From contig CAVZYA010000002.1 of assembly GCA_963779415.1 (NCBI GenBank), forward strand, positions 960,001 through 1,024,000: DNA of 64,000 bases. Direction: 5' to 3'. The translations under genes and the position numbers were made by a program. This stretch comes from an uncultured Acidobacteriota bacterium. GTDB lineage: Bacteria > Acidobacteriota > Thermoanaerobaculia > UBA5066. The notes under the pieces are model-generated. The model searched no databases, was not told the origin of the DNA, and saw only the letters and a list, made by a program, of their open reading frames with translations. Of this stretch, positions 45,200 through 55,923 are shown in pieces; the first letter of the stretch is position 1, and each line of letters starts with the position of its first letter.

Positions 45200-46138
45200 A
45201 TGACCGACACCGTCATCTCCGTCGAAGGGCTCGAGAAGAGCTACGGCGCCGTCGAAGCGCTTCGCGGGATCGACCTCTCGGTCCGTCGCGGCGGCCTCGT
45301 CGGGATCCTCGGGCCGAACGGCGCCGGGAAGACGACGCTCGTCGAGACGATCGAAGGACTTCGGACGCCGACGGTGGGGAAGGTGAGGGTCCTCGGCCTC
45401 GACCCGGCGACCCAGCCCCGCGAGGTGAAGGAGCGGATCGGCGTCCAGCTCCAGACGACGATGCTCCAGACGGAGCTGAAGGCGATCGAGGTCCTCCGGA
45501 TCTATGCCGCGCTCTACCGGAAGGCGCGGGAACCGCACGAGGTCCTCGCGGCGGTCGGCCTCTCGGAGAAAGCCTCCGTCCGCGTCGGGACGCTCTCGGG
45601 AGGACAGAAGCAGCGGCTCGCCCTCGCGCTCGCCCTCGTCCACGACCCGGAGATCGTCCTCCTCGACGAGCCGACGACCGGCCTCGACCCCGGCGCGAGG
45701 CGCGCCCTGCACGAGGTCATCCGCTCTCTCTCGGCCGAGGGGAGGACGGTCGTCCTGACGACGCACTACATCGAGGAAGCGGAGGCGCTCTGCGACCGCG
45801 TCGTCGTCGTCCGGGCCGGGCGGATCGTCGCGGACGGCTCGCCCTTCGACCTTCTGAAAATGGCTTCGGGAATCACGACGCTCTGGGTCGCGGCGGAAGG
45901 GGCGTTCGACCCGTCGCCCCTCGTCGCGGCGGGATGCACGCTCGCCGGACGCGAGAAAGACCATCTCCTTCTGACGACGCACGACCCGACGGCGGCGGTC
46001 CTCGCGCTGGGCGACCTCCTCCGGGCACCGGGCGTGAGGCTCATGGACCTCCGGATGCGGCGGCCGACGCTGGAAGACGTCTACCTCGAGCTCGTCGGGC
46101 CGGAAGCTCGCGAGGAGACGGCGGAAGGGGCTCCGTGA
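45200..46138 (+). CDS. ABC transporter ATP-binding protein
   Basis: GPNGAGKTT, LSGGQ, LDEPTTGLDP, TTHY. Confidence 0.95.
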   Translation: MTDTVISVEGLEKSYGAVEALRGIDLSVRRGGLVGILGPNGAGKTTLVETIEGLRTPTVGKVRVLGLDPATQPREVKERIGVQLQTTMLQTELKAIEVLRIYAALYRKAREPHEVLAAVGLSEKASVRVGTLSGGQKQRLALALALVHDPEIVLLDEPTTGLDPGARRALHEVIRSLSAEGRTVVLTTHYIEEAEALCDRVVVVRAGRIVADGSPFDLLKMASGITTLWVAAEGAFDPSPLVAAGCTLAGREKDHLLLTTHDPTAAVLALGDLLRAPGVRLMDLRMRRPTLEDVYLELVGPEAREETAEGAP

Positions 46139-47007
46139 GCCCGCTTCACGGCACGTTCGCGCTCTTCCGGGGATTCTTCACCGAGTCGGCCCGGTCGAAG
46201 GCGTCGCTCTTCTGGACGCTCGCCTTCCCGCTCCTCTTTCTTTTCGTCTTCGCCTCCATTTTCGGCGGCGGGCGTCCGGAAGGGGTGTCATACCTGATGC
46301 CGGGGCTTCTGACGATCAGCGTCATGACGGGAAGCCTCTTCGGCGTCGCCTTCCGGATGATCGTGGCGAGGGAGAACGGGGTCCTTCGCCGTCTTCGGGT
46401 GACTCCCGTGACGGCGCTCGCGATCGTCGTGGCTTACGGGATGGTGGCCCTCGCGCTTCTCGTCGCGACCTTTGCGATCCAGCTCGGAACGGCGAAGGCA
46501 ATCTGGCGCATCCCGATCGCTGGGTCGATCGGCTCCCTCGCTGTCGTCGCCCTCGCGGGCTTTTTCGCCTTCGTCCCGCTCGGCCTCTTCGTCGGGAGCG
46601 CCGCACGCGACATGCGGACGGCCCCTCCCCTCGCGAACCTGATCTTCTTTCCGATGATGTTCCTCTCGGGGGCGGCGGTCCCTTACGCGATCCTCCCGCC
46701 GTGGCTTCAGACGGCCGGGCGCTTCCTTCCGGCGACCTGGCTCGTCGAGGCGCTTCAGGGGGTCATCGTCAGGAACGACCCGCTCACCCGCCTCTCGGCC
46801 CCGCTCGGCATCCTCGTCCTGACCGGCCTCGTCGGCGTCTTCATGAACGCGCTTCTCTTCCGGTGGGAGAGCGACGAAAAGGTCGACGGGAAGAAGCTCG
46901 CCCTCGCCCTCGGGACGCTCGCGCTCTTCCTTCTCCTCGTCGCCCTCCTCGCTCCGCCCGTCGGAATGCGGAATGTCGGCTGGGGCGGCCCGCCCATTCC
47001 GCGATGA
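46135..47007 (+). CDS. ABC-2 type permease
   Basis: FWTLAFPL, RENGVLRRLRVTP, PMMFLSGA; GTGA overlap with the ATPase gene. Confidence 0.92.
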   Translation: MSPLHGTFALFRGFFTESARSKASLFWTLAFPLLFLFVFASIFGGGRPEGVSYLMPGLLTISVMTGSLFGVAFRMIVARENGVLRRLRVTPVTALAIVVAYGMVALALLVATFAIQLGTAKAIWRIPIAGSIGSLAVVALAGFFAFVPLGLFVGSAARDMRTAPPLANLIFFPMMFLSGAAVPYAILPPWLQTAGRFLPATWLVEALQGVIVRNDPLTRLSAPLGILVLTGLVGVFMNALLFRWESDEKVDGKKLALALGTLALFLLLVALLAPPVGMRNVGWGGPPIPR

Positions 47008-47056
47008 CAGAATCTGCCTTCCGGGCCGCGAATCGGCCCGGCGAAGGGAATCGGCC

Positions 47057-50000
47057 ATGACGATCCGTCTCCGCGCGCTCGCGCTCTTCCTCACGGTCGC
47101 TTTCGGGACCTCTCTCGCCGCGGCGGAAGGGCCGCCCGAGGCGCGGTTGCTCCGCTATCCGGACATCTGGGGCGACTTCGTCGTCTTTACGTACGCCGGG
47201 GACCTCTGGCGCGCCCCCGTTTCGGGGGGGCCGGCGTACCGCCTGACGACGCACGTGGGACAGGAGATCTTTCCGAAGATCTCGCCCGACGGGAAGTGGA
47301 TCGCCTTTTCGGCGGAGTACGCCGGGACGCGGCAGGTTTACGTCATGCCGTCGTGGGGGGGCGAGCCGAAGCAACTGACCTTCTACAACGACGTCGGCGC
47401 GATGCCGCCACGCGGCGGATTCGACGACTGGGTGCTGGGGTGGACGAAGGACGGAAAGATCCTCGTCCGGATGAACCGCGTCCCGTGGAACAACCGGATG
47501 GGGCGGTACTACGTCGTCGACCCGAAGGGGGGGCTCGAGACGCCGCTGGAGATCCCGGAGGGGGGGACCGCCAGCTTCTCCCCCGACGGCACGAAGCTCG
47601 CCTATTGCCCCGTCGACCGCGAGTTCCGGACCTGGAAGCGGACGCTCGGCGGCCGGGCGCAGGACGTCTGGGTCTACGACTTCGCGTCGAAGGCGTCCGA
47701 GCGGATCACCGACTGGAAGGGAACCGACAATTTCCCGATGTGGGAAGGGGGCTCGATCTTCTTCACCTCCGACCGCGACCACACGCTCAATCTCTTCGCC
47801 TGGAACACGGCGACGAGGAAGACCCGGAAGGTGACGGACTTCCACGAGTACGACGTCCTCTGGCCGTCGCTCGCCTCGGACGGAAGCGCCATCGTCTTCA
47901 TGAACGGCGGCTTCCTCTGGCGCCTCGACCTGAAGACGGAGAAGGCCTCGAAGATCCCGATCACCCTCGCCTCCGACCGGGCCCCGCAGGGGACGGCGTG
48001 GAAGGACGTGAAGGAGAACATTGCGGGCGCGACGCTCTCGCCGAGCGGAGCCCGGGTCGTCTTCGAAGCGCGGGGCGACCTCTTCAGCGTTCCGGCGAAG
48101 GACGGAGCGACCCGGAACCTGACGGAGACGCAGGGGGTGCGCGAGCGCGCCCCGGTCTGGTCGCCGGACGGGAAGCGGATCGCCTATCTCTCCGATGCGA
48201 CGGGGGAGTACGAGATCTGGGTCCGGAACCAGGACGGCGCGGGCGAGCCGAAGCGATTGACGAAAGACGGCGGGCCCTGGAAGTTCGCGCCGGCGTGGAG
48301 CCCCGACGGGAAAAAGCTCGCATACGGCGACCGGGAACAGCGGCTCCGGATTCTCGACGTCGAGAGCGGCGCCGTGACCGACGTCGACAAGGGGACACGT
48401 GGCGACCTCGACACGTACGTCTGGTCTCCCGACTCGATGTGGCTCGCCTACGAGAAGAGCACTCCGACGCGCCTCCCGGGAATCTGGGCTTTTTCGCTCG
48501 CCACGAAGAAGGCCGTCCCGCTCGGCGACGGAATGACCTCCGACCACGATCCGGTCTTCTCGGCCGACGGGAAGTACCTCTTCTTCCTCTCCGAACGGGA
48601 CTACCCGATCGTCTTTTCGGCCTACGAGTTCAACTACCTCTACGCGCGCGCCACGCGCGTCTTCGTCGCGGCGCTCGCGACCGACACGCCTTCCCTCTTC
48701 CCGCCGAAGAGCGACGAGGAGAAGGGGAAGGCCGAAGAGCCGAAAAAAGAGGAGAAGAAGGACGAGAAGAAGCCTCCCGCGCCGACCGTGATCGCGGCCG
48801 ACGGCCTCGTCACCCGGACGGAGGCGCTCCCCGGCCTGAAACCGGCGGTCTACGCCGCCCCCGCCGCCACCGCCGACGCGGTCTGGTACCTGAAGCTGGC
48901 GGAAGGCGAGAGGACGCGCGAGGGGACGCTCACCCGCTTCGACCTGAAGGAGCGGAAGGAGGAAAAGGCCGCGGACGGCGTCGCGGCCTTCGAGCTGTCG
49001 CTCGACGGCAAGAAGCTCCTCTACCGCGCCGGCCACGACTGGTTCGTGACCGACGCGAAGGCGCCGGTCAAGGCGGCCGACGGAAAGCTCGACCTCTCGG
49101 GCCTCCGGATGAAGCTCGACGCCGACGCCGAGACGCGCCAGATGTGGGAAGACGGCTGGCGGATCGTCCGCGACTGGTTCTACGACGAGAAGATGCACGG
49201 CGTCGACTGGGCCGCGATGAAGAAGCGCTACGGCGCGCTCGTCCCGTTCGTCTCCCACCGGGCCGACCTCGACTTCCTCTTCGGCGAGCTGGTGGGCGAG
49301 CTCGACTCCGGCCACACGTACGTCGCCAGCGGCGACGAGCCGAAGGTGCCTCGCGTCCTTGGCGGAATGCTCGGCGTCGAGTTGGCCGCCGACAGGTCGG
49401 GGCGGTACCGGATCGAGAAGATCTTCCCGGGCGAGAACTGGGACGACGATTGGCGTTCGCCGCTGACCGAGCCGGGGCTGAACGTCCGGGAGGGGAGCTT
49501 CCTCCTCGCCATCGACGGCCACGACCTGACGACGGCCGACAACCCCTACCAGCTCCTCGAGGGGAAGGGGAACCAGAACGTCGCGCTCCTCGTCAACGAC
49601 AAGCCCTCCACGGACGGGGCGCGCACGGTGACCGTGAAGACGATCACGAACGAGGGGAACCTCCGCTACCTCGACTGGGTGAAGAGCCGGATGGCGATGG
49701 TCGAGAGGCTCTCGCGGGGGAAGGTCGGCTACATCCACCTTCCGGACACGGCGCTGGAGGGGAACCGGATGCTCCAGAAGCTCTTCTACGCCCAGGCGTC
49801 GAAGCCGGCGCTTCTGATCGACGACCGGTACAACGGCGGCGGCTTCATCCCGGACCGGATGATCGAGGTCTTCTCGCGGACGACGCTCGCCTGGTGGGCG
49901 CGCCGCGGCGTCGAGAGCCTGCGGACGCCGGGCTTCGCCAGCGACGGACCGAAGGCCATGCTCGTGAACTCCTACTCCTCGTCCGGCGGCGACGCCCTTC

Positions 50001-50329
50001 CATACTTCTTCCGCGAGAAGAAGCTCGGGCCGATCATCGGGACGCGGACCTGGGGCGGCCTCATCGGCCTCTCCGGAAACCCGCGCCTCGTGGACGGCGG
50101 CGGCCTCAACGTCCCGACCTTCCGGATCTACGACCGCGAGGGGAACTGGGTCGTCGAGGACGAGGGGATCACCCCCGACATCGAGGTCTTCGACGACGCC
50201 GGATCGCGCGTCAAGGGGGGAGACCCGAGCCTCGAGAAGGGGGTCGAGGTCCTGCTCAAGGCGCTCGAGACGGCCCCGAAGGAGCCGAAGCGCCCCGTCC
50301 CCCCCGACATGACGAAGAAGAAGCCCTGA
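47057..50329 (+). CDS. Tricorn-like S41 protease
   Basis: Signal peptide, PD40/beta-propeller repeats, GELDSGHTY, PDZ, RYNGGG, SSGGDALP, GTRTWGG. Confidence 0.95.
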   Translation: MTIRLRALALFLTVAFGTSLAAAEGPPEARLLRYPDIWGDFVVFTYAGDLWRAPVSGGPAYRLTTHVGQEIFPKISPDGKWIAFSAEYAGTRQVYVMPSWGGEPKQLTFYNDVGAMPPRGGFDDWVLGWTKDGKILVRMNRVPWNNRMGRYYVVDPKGGLETPLEIPEGGTASFSPDGTKLAYCPVDREFRTWKRTLGGRAQDVWVYDFASKASERITDWKGTDNFPMWEGGSIFFTSDRDHTLNLFAWNTATRKTRKVTDFHEYDVLWPSLASDGSAIVFMNGGFLWRLDLKTEKASKIPITLASDRAPQGTAWKDVKENIAGATLSPSGARVVFEARGDLFSVPAKDGATRNLTETQGVRERAPVWSPDGKRIAYLSDATGEYEIWVRNQDGAGEPKRLTKDGGPWKFAPAWSPDGKKLAYGDREQRLRILDVESGAVTDVDKGTRGDLDTYVWSPDSMWLAYEKSTPTRLPGIWAFSLATKKAVPLGDGMTSDHDPVFSADGKYLFFLSERDYPIVFSAYEFNYLYARATRVFVAALATDTPSLFPPKSDEEKGKAEEPKKEEKKDEKKPPAPTVIAADGLVTRTEALPGLKPAVYAAPAATADAVWYLKLAEGERTREGTLTRFDLKERKEEKAADGVAAFELSLDGKKLLYRAGHDWFVTDAKAPVKAADGKLDLSGLRMKLDADAETRQMWEDGWRIVRDWFYDEKMHGVDWAAMKKRYGALVPFVSHRADLDFLFGELVGELDSGHTYVASGDEPKVPRVLGGMLGVELAADRSGRYRIEKIFPGENWDDDWRSPLTEPGLNVREGSFLLAIDGHDLTTADNPYQLLEGKGNQNVALLVNDKPSTDGARTVTVKTITNEGNLRYLDWVKSRMAMVERLSRGKVGYIHLPDTALEGNRMLQKLFYAQASKPALLIDDRYNGGGFIPDRMIEVFSRTTLAWWARRGVESLRTPGFASDGPKAMLVNSYSSSGGDALPYFFREKKLGPIIGTRTWGGLIGLSGNPRLVDGGGLNVPTFRIYDREGNWVVEDEGITPDIEVFDDAGSRVKGGDPSLEKGVEVLLKALETAPKEPKRPVPPDMTKKKP

Positions 50330-50333
50330 GCAA

Positions 50334-50954
50334 TCACGAAGCGTTCACGCGCTTCCTCAGCACCCACGTCGTCATGCAGCGGAGGTTCTGGACCACGGTG
50401 GTCTTGAGGGGGTCGAGAAGGTCGCCGCCGAGGGAGGCGGTGAGATCGAGAAGGTAAGGCTCGTCGACGAGGAAGCGCTCGGAGCCGTCGAGGAGGCGGA
50501 AGCGCCGGCCACCCAATGGAGTGAAGCGCCCCTCCATTCCGATCGACGAGGCGAGGCGGCAGAAGAAGAGGCCGTCCGGGCGGAGGAGACGCCAGCTTCC
50601 GTCCAGCATCGCGCGGAAATGCGTCTCGTCGCGGGCGAAGTGGAGGACGGCGCTGGAGATGACGACGTCCGCGGCCGCGTCCGGGAAGCTGTTCGACTCG
50701 ATGTTCTCGGCCCTGAAGTTCGAGGCGGGATGGTTCGGAGCGATCTGGCGGGCGAGTTCCTGCACGGCGCGGATGGCGTCGGGATCGGGTTCGACCCCGA
50801 AGACCTCGAACGACTCGCGTAGGAAATAGACGAGATTTCTCCCTCGTCCGCACCCCGCGTCGAGGATCGTCATCCCCGCACGGATGCGCCCCCGCAGAAG
50901 CTGGTCGAAGAGGTAGATGTCGATCGACCCGAAGAGCGACCGGAGGTCGGTCAC
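50334..50954 (-). CDS. Class I SAM-dependent methyltransferase
   Basis: IDIYLFDQLLRGRI, ILDAGCGRGRN, SAVLHFA. Confidence 0.9.
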   Translation of the reverse strand: MTDLRSLFGSIDIYLFDQLLRGRIRAGMTILDAGCGRGRNLVYFLRESFEVFGVEPDPDAIRAVQELARQIAPNHPASNFRAENIESNSFPDAAADVVISSAVLHFARDETHFRAMLDGSWRLLRPDGLFFCRLASSIGMEGRFTPLGGRRFRLLDGSERFLVDEPYLLDLTASLGGDLLDPLKTTVVQNLRCMTTWVLRKRVNAS

Positions 50955-50985
50955 ATCGTCCTCGTAGGGGGAGGCGGCTGCCCGC

Positions 50986-51723
50986 TCATGGCCCCGGAAT
51001 CCCCGCCGCCGGTCCGCGCCACGGGACGAGCATCGGGACTTTCCGGCGGTATTCCCGGTAGGTCTCGCCGAACTCGGCCACGAGGTCCCGCTCCTCGAGG
51101 ACCGCTCCCACGCAGATCCAGGCTGTCCAAAGGACGTTGAAGAGGAGGCGGTCTGCGGTCAGGTCGGGGGAGGACCAGAACAGGACGATGACGCAGGAGT
51201 AAAGGGGGTGACGGACCCACCGGTAGGGACCTCTGACGACGAACGCCGGCGGGCAATAGGGCCGTCCGCCGAGATGCGCCCGGATCGGGCCGAGGCCGAG
51301 GGGGTCGAAGCCTCGGAGCGCGTACGCGCTCCAGAGGAAGACCGCGACCGCCGAGATGGAGAGCACCCGGAGAACGAGGAGGGAAAGGCCCAGAAGGACA
51401 AATAGGTGAATTTCCGACCGCTGCCAGAGGATGACGACGAGGGTGAGAACGACACCGGACGCGATGGAATAGAAGGCACCGTCATATCGCGGCGGGACGA
51501 TGCGGGCGAGACGGACGCGGAAGGGCCTTCGGACCATGCCGCTGTGCTGGAGGAAGAACGCGAAGGAGAGAGCCGCGTCCCAAAGGAGCACCGAAGAGTC
51601 CGGCCATCCCATCCGGAAGACACGGATCGAGTCCATCGCGGCAAGGAGGGCGATGGATCCCACGCCGAGAACCGCCGAGAGCACGAGCATCAGGGCATCG
51701 AGCCGCTCCGCGGGTCGTTTCAT
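50986..51723 (-). CDS. Isoprenylcysteine carboxyl methyltransferase/nurim family membrane protein (MddA-like)
   Basis: LQHSGMVR, GPYRWVRHPLY, LEERDLVAEFG..YREYRRKVPM. Confidence 0.8.
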   Translation of the reverse strand: MKRPAERLDALMLVLSAVLGVGSIALLAAMDSIRVFRMGWPDSSVLLWDAALSFAFFLQHSGMVRRPFRVRLARIVPPRYDGAFYSIASGVVLTLVVILWQRSEIHLFVLLGLSLLVLRVLSISAVAVFLWSAYALRGFDPLGLGPIRAHLGGRPYCPPAFVVRGPYRWVRHPLYSCVIVLFWSSPDLTADRLLFNVLWTAWICVGAVLEERDLVAEFGETYREYRRKVPMLVPWRGPAAGIPGP

Positions 51724-51727
51724 CCTC

Positions 51728-52273
51728 TCAACGACCGCCGCTCACGACCTTCGCGTGCATCGCGACCGTCATTTCCTCGATCCGGTGGCTGAGATCCTTG
51801 ACCAGCACGGTCAGCTCCGTGTTCTGCTCAAGGAGGGTCAGGAGCTGCTCCGTCTGTTTCGAGGCGAGGGCCTGGCGCTGCTCGACCGCGCTCGCGAGGG
51901 CCTCCCGGTGCTGGGCGTCGGCCTCGGCGTGAGCCTTGTCGCGGTCGGCCTGCCGGGTCTGGGCGAGGAGGATGAGAGGGGCCGCGTAGGCGGCCTGAAG
52001 GCTGAATGCCAGGTTGAGAAGAATGAAGGGGTAGAGGTCGAACTTCGCCAGGCCGAGGACGTTCGCGAGGATCCAGATGGCGACGATGACCGTCTGAATG
52101 ACCAGAAAGACGGGTGTGCCGAAGAAGCGTGCGAAGGCCTCGGCCTTCAGGGCGAACCAGCCGTCTCCGAAGGTCGACCCGAGATGGACGTGCGGGAGAT
52201 GGAAGCGGAAATAATGCGCCCTCGAGGGGGAAGCGGCGGTGCCGGGCGACCCCGGTTCGGACGAAGTGCTCAT
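51728..52273 (-). CDS. DUF1003 membrane protein
   Basis: FARFFGTP, FDLYPFILLNLAFSLQAAYAAPLILLAQTRQADRD. Confidence 0.9.
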   Translation of the reverse strand: MSTSSEPGSPGTAASPSRAHYFRFHLPHVHLGSTFGDGWFALKAEAFARFFGTPVFLVIQTVIVAIWILANVLGLAKFDLYPFILLNLAFSLQAAYAAPLILLAQTRQADRDKAHAEADAQHREALASAVEQRQALASKQTEQLLTLLEQNTELTVLVKDLSHRIEEMTVAMHAKVVSGGR

Positions 52274-52368
52274 CTCTTCTCCATGCGACTTGATCTCAGG
52301 TCGCGGGTTTCCCCGACATTACCAACTTTCGGAAGGGTTGTCGGCCCCGGTGGACGATCGCCGGGGGA

Positions 52369-54063
52369 TCAGCTCTCCTCGGCGTACGACGGGTACCACT
52401 GGCTCCGGGCGACGCGGGCGCGGAGCGCCTCGGCCGTCGCGGGTGGAGCGAGGCCCTCGCGCACGGCGGCCTCGGCCACGGCGCAGGCCACCTCGACCGC
52501 GACTCCCCTCAGCTCGCCGAGCGGCGGAAGGAGAGAAGCGGCGGGGTCCTTGAGCGCGGGGGACATCTCCGAGAGGCGCGTCGCCGCAGCGATCAGCATG
52601 CCGTCTGAGACGCGTCGGGCGCCGGAGGCGGCGATGCCGAGCCCCACGGCCGGGAAGATGAAGACGTTGTTGCACTGGGAGATGATCCAGGCGCGGCCGC
52701 CGAGGACCGCCGGCGGATAGGGCGAGCCCGTCGCCACGAGTGCGCGCCCCTCCGTCCAGCGGATCAGGTCCTCGGGCTTCGCTTCCGCGCGCGCCGTCGG
52801 GTTCGAGAGCGGGAAGATGACCGGCCGCGCGGTCTTCCGGGCCATCTCGCGGACGATCGGCTCGGTGAAGGCGCCGACGGCCGTCGACAGCCCGATCAGG
52901 ATGGTCGCCGGGACGTTCGCGATCACGTCGGCGAGGCCGACGAAGCCCGCGTGCGTCCGGGGCCACGACGCGATCTCGTCCGCGGCTCGCGCGTAGACGC
53001 GCTGCTCGGGGGTCAGGCTCGCCCTCGTGTCGACGAGGAGCCCTTCCACGTCGACGACGTAGAACCGGCGCCGCGCTTCCTCTTCGGTGAGGCCTTCGGT
53101 CCGCATCGCGGCCCGGAGGTAGTCGGCGACGCCGATGGCGGCCGAACCGGCCCCGAGGAAGACGATCGTCTGGTCCCGGAGGCTCGGCCGGCCGACCACG
53201 CGCGTCGCCGCCCCGATGGCTCCGAGCGCCACGGCCGCCGTCCCCTGGATGTCGTCGTTGAAGGAGAGAAGGCTGTCGCGGTAGCGGTTCAGGAGAGGGC
53301 GCGCGTTCGGCGTCGCGAAGTCCTCCCACTGGAGGAGCGCACCCGGAAGCTCCTGCTTGACGGCCTGGACGAAGCGGTCCACAAACTCGAAGTAGTCGTC
53401 GCCCGTCACGCGTTTCTGCCGCCAGCCGAGGTACTGCGGGTCGCGCAGCCGCTCCTCGTTGTTCGTCCCGACGTCGAGAAGGATCGGGAGCGTCCGGGCC
53501 GGGGGGATGCCGCCGATGAGCGTGTAGAGCGTCAGCTTTCCGATCGGGATGCCGAGGCCGCCGACTCCCTGGTCACCGATGCCGAGGATCCGCTCGCCGT
53601 CGGTCACGACGATGACGTCGACGTCGGGGTTCGACCGGTTCCGGAGGAGCTCGGGAATCGAGTCGCGGAGCGGGTAAGAGATGACGAGGCCGCGAGGGCG
53701 CCGGTAGATCTGGCTGAACTGCTGGCACGCCTCGGCCACGACCGGCGTGTAGACGATCGGCATCATCTCCTCGATGTGGGCGAGGAGGACGCGGTAGAAG
53801 AGGATCTCGTTCGTGTCCTGAAGGGCGCGGAGCAGGACGTGCCGGCCGAGCGGCGTCCGCTTGGCGAGGTAGGCGGAGTAGGCGCGGACTACCTGCTCGT
53901 CGATCGTCTCGACCTGCGGCGGGAGGAGACCGTGCAACCCGAGCTTCGTCCGCTCCTCCGTCTTGAAGGCGGTTCCCTTGTTCCAGGCCGGGGACTGGAG
54001 GAGTTGCATTCCCCGGAGGTGCGGCGGCCGGTGCGGAGGGGCGGCGACGACTTGCGGTGTCAT
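52369..54063 (-). CDS. maeA: NAD-dependent malic enzyme
   Basis: NKGTAF, PIVYTP, TDGERILGIGDQG, QWEDF, FNDDIQGT, LSNPT, QCNN. Confidence 0.93.
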   Translation of the reverse strand: MTPQVVAAPPHRPPHLRGMQLLQSPAWNKGTAFKTEERTKLGLHGLLPPQVETIDEQVVRAYSAYLAKRTPLGRHVLLRALQDTNEILFYRVLLAHIEEMMPIVYTPVVAEACQQFSQIYRRPRGLVISYPLRDSIPELLRNRSNPDVDVIVVTDGERILGIGDQGVGGLGIPIGKLTLYTLIGGIPPARTLPILLDVGTNNEERLRDPQYLGWRQKRVTGDDYFEFVDRFVQAVKQELPGALLQWEDFATPNARPLLNRYRDSLLSFNDDIQGTAAVALGAIGAATRVVGRPSLRDQTIVFLGAGSAAIGVADYLRAAMRTEGLTEEEARRRFYVVDVEGLLVDTRASLTPEQRVYARAADEIASWPRTHAGFVGLADVIANVPATILIGLSTAVGAFTEPIVREMARKTARPVIFPLSNPTARAEAKPEDLIRWTEGRALVATGSPYPPAVLGGRAWIISQCNNVFIFPAVGLGIAASGARRVSDGMLIAAATRLSEMSPALKDPAASLLPPLGELRGVAVEVACAVAEAAVREGLAPPATAEALRARVARSQWYPSYAEES

Positions 54064-54097
54064 CTCCCCTTACCTTACTCCGGATCTCTTCCGCCGG

Positions 54098-55870
54098 TCA
54101 TCTTCCGAGCGGGATCGGCCGCCCCGTCGCGTCGGGCACCGTGACGCCGAGCCAGGCGCCGACCGTCGGCGCGAGATCGTACGGGGTGACGGCGCTCCGC
54201 GAGACGCCGGCCTTCGCGGGGCCCCCCCAGAAGACGAGCGGCACGTGCGTGTCGGCGTCATGGTGCGTTCCGTGCATGGAGCCGCGCCCCGGGTCCCAGA
54301 TCGCCAGCATCCCCGGCCGCGGGACGAGGAAGGCGTCGCCCGACCGCGCCGTGTCGAAGTCGTTCTTCACGAAGTCGAGAGCGGGGGAGTCCTTCGGCCA
54401 CGACGCCCGCTGCCGGACGAGGAAAACCCCGGAGACCTCCTCGTCGTAGCCGAGCTTCACGAGCTTCGGCAGGACCTTGTCGACGTCGCCGGGGGTGAGG
54501 CTCCTCCCCGCCGCGCCGCAGGGGCCGTCGACGGTCCGGATCGGGAAGACGGTTTTCCGGTAGAAGAGGCTCCATCCCTCCATCGCGAAGACCGGCCGGA
54601 CCGATCGGTCGAAGCAGAGCTCGTCGGCGAGCATCCGGTTCAGCCGGTCGACGATGTTGTCCGTGTAGACGCGGCTTCCGACGACGCGGCCGCCGGAGGC
54701 GGACCGGTCGAGAATCCGCGCGACCTCCGGGATCGGGTTGAAACCGTGGTCGGCCGAGAGGGCGACGAGAGTCGTTCCCGCCGGATACTCCCTCTCGAGC
54801 GCGTCGAGGAGGCGGCCGATCTGTACGTCGAGGCGCCGGAGGATGTCCAGCTCCTCCTCCGACTCGTTTCCGTAGTCGTGCGAGACCGGGTCGTGCGCGG
54901 AGAAGCTTATGGTCAGGAGATCCGGCGTGCCGCGGCGGCCGAGGGCGAAGGAGGGGTCGGAGAGGAACGTCAGCGCGAGGTCCGCGGTCAGCTCGTCGAT
55001 GAGGGGGCTCCGGTAGACCCCGGCGAAATACCCCGAAGGCTCGGACCGCGACCAGGCCGCGTACTTCGCGATGTCCTTCTCCCAGCCGGTGCCGAAGGAC
55101 GGCACCTGGAACCGCTCGATGACGGCCTGCGGCACGGGAGTCGGGAGGGGCCGCGCCGGGGCCGGCTCCGGCGGCGCGAGCCTTCTCCAGATCGTTCCGA
55201 GGCGCGCGCGGAGAGCCGCGCCCCCCTTCTCGCGGTTGAACCGGGCGACGATCGCGGCGGCCGCAGCGCCGCTTCCGCTCTTCGTGTCGTAGGCCGCCGA
55301 CGTCGTGAAGGTCCCGTTCGACCGGTCGTACCAGTAGACCGCGTGCTCCGGGCTCTTCCCCGCGAGGAAGATCGCGGCGCGGTCCTTGCCCGAGACTGAG
55401 ACGACGCGCGCCCCTTTCTTCTGCGCGACGAGGGCGTCGCCGAGCGTCGGGACGCGGAGGTTCGCCGGTCCCGGAATCGTCACGGTGGAGCCGGCGGGAG
55501 AGGAGGGGTCGGCCTGGTCCGTGCAGTAGACCGAGACGAGGCCTCTTCCCGGCCTTTCCTCGAACCAGCTGTTGATGACGATTCCGTGGACGCGCGGCGG
55601 CGCGCCCGTGCCGAGCGACGCATGCCCCGGCCCCGTTTCCGTATTGAGGTGGCGGTAGCGCGCCTCGGCCTCGACGTGTCCCTCGTCGAGAAGACGCTTC
55701 AACCCCGCCACGTACCAGGGCCGGTATGCGAGGAGCCTCGGCATCGAGAGGCCGTCGACCGCGATGACGACGGCCAGCTTCGGGTCCGGCGCCGCCGGCT
55801 TCTGGGCGAGGAGCGCGCCGGCGGCCGCCAGAGCGATCAGGGGGGCGAGGAGGCGGGTCGGGCGGCTCAT
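54098..55870 (-). CDS. Secreted alkaline phosphatase family protein (PafA-like, Thr nucleophile)
   Basis: Signal peptide from MSRPTRLL; VIAVDGL, TETGPGHA, SGKDRAAI, SADHG, MHGT..DTHVPL. Confidence 0.88.
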   Translation of the reverse strand: MSRPTRLLAPLIALAAAGALLAQKPAAPDPKLAVVIAVDGLSMPRLLAYRPWYVAGLKRLLDEGHVEAEARYRHLNTETGPGHASLGTGAPPRVHGIVINSWFEERPGRGLVSVYCTDQADPSSPAGSTVTIPGPANLRVPTLGDALVAQKKGARVVSVSGKDRAAIFLAGKSPEHAVYWYDRSNGTFTTSAAYDTKSGSGAAAAAIVARFNREKGGAALRARLGTIWRRLAPPEPAPARPLPTPVPQAVIERFQVPSFGTGWEKDIAKYAAWSRSEPSGYFAGVYRSPLIDELTADLALTFLSDPSFALGRRGTPDLLTISFSAHDPVSHDYGNESEEELDILRRLDVQIGRLLDALEREYPAGTTLVALSADHGFNPIPEVARILDRSASGGRVVGSRVYTDNIVDRLNRMLADELCFDRSVRPVFAMEGWSLFYRKTVFPIRTVDGPCGAAGRSLTPGDVDKVLPKLVKLGYDEEVSGVFLVRQRASWPKDSPALDFVKNDFDTARSGDAFLVPRPGMLAIWDPGRGSMHGTHHDADTHVPLVFWGGPAKAGVSRSAVTPYDLAPTVGAWLGVTVPDATGRPIPLGR

Positions 55871-55923
55871 CGGGACCTCCGTCTGGGAAGCGCGGATGTT
55901 CTCACAGGGCCTATCCTTCGCGC

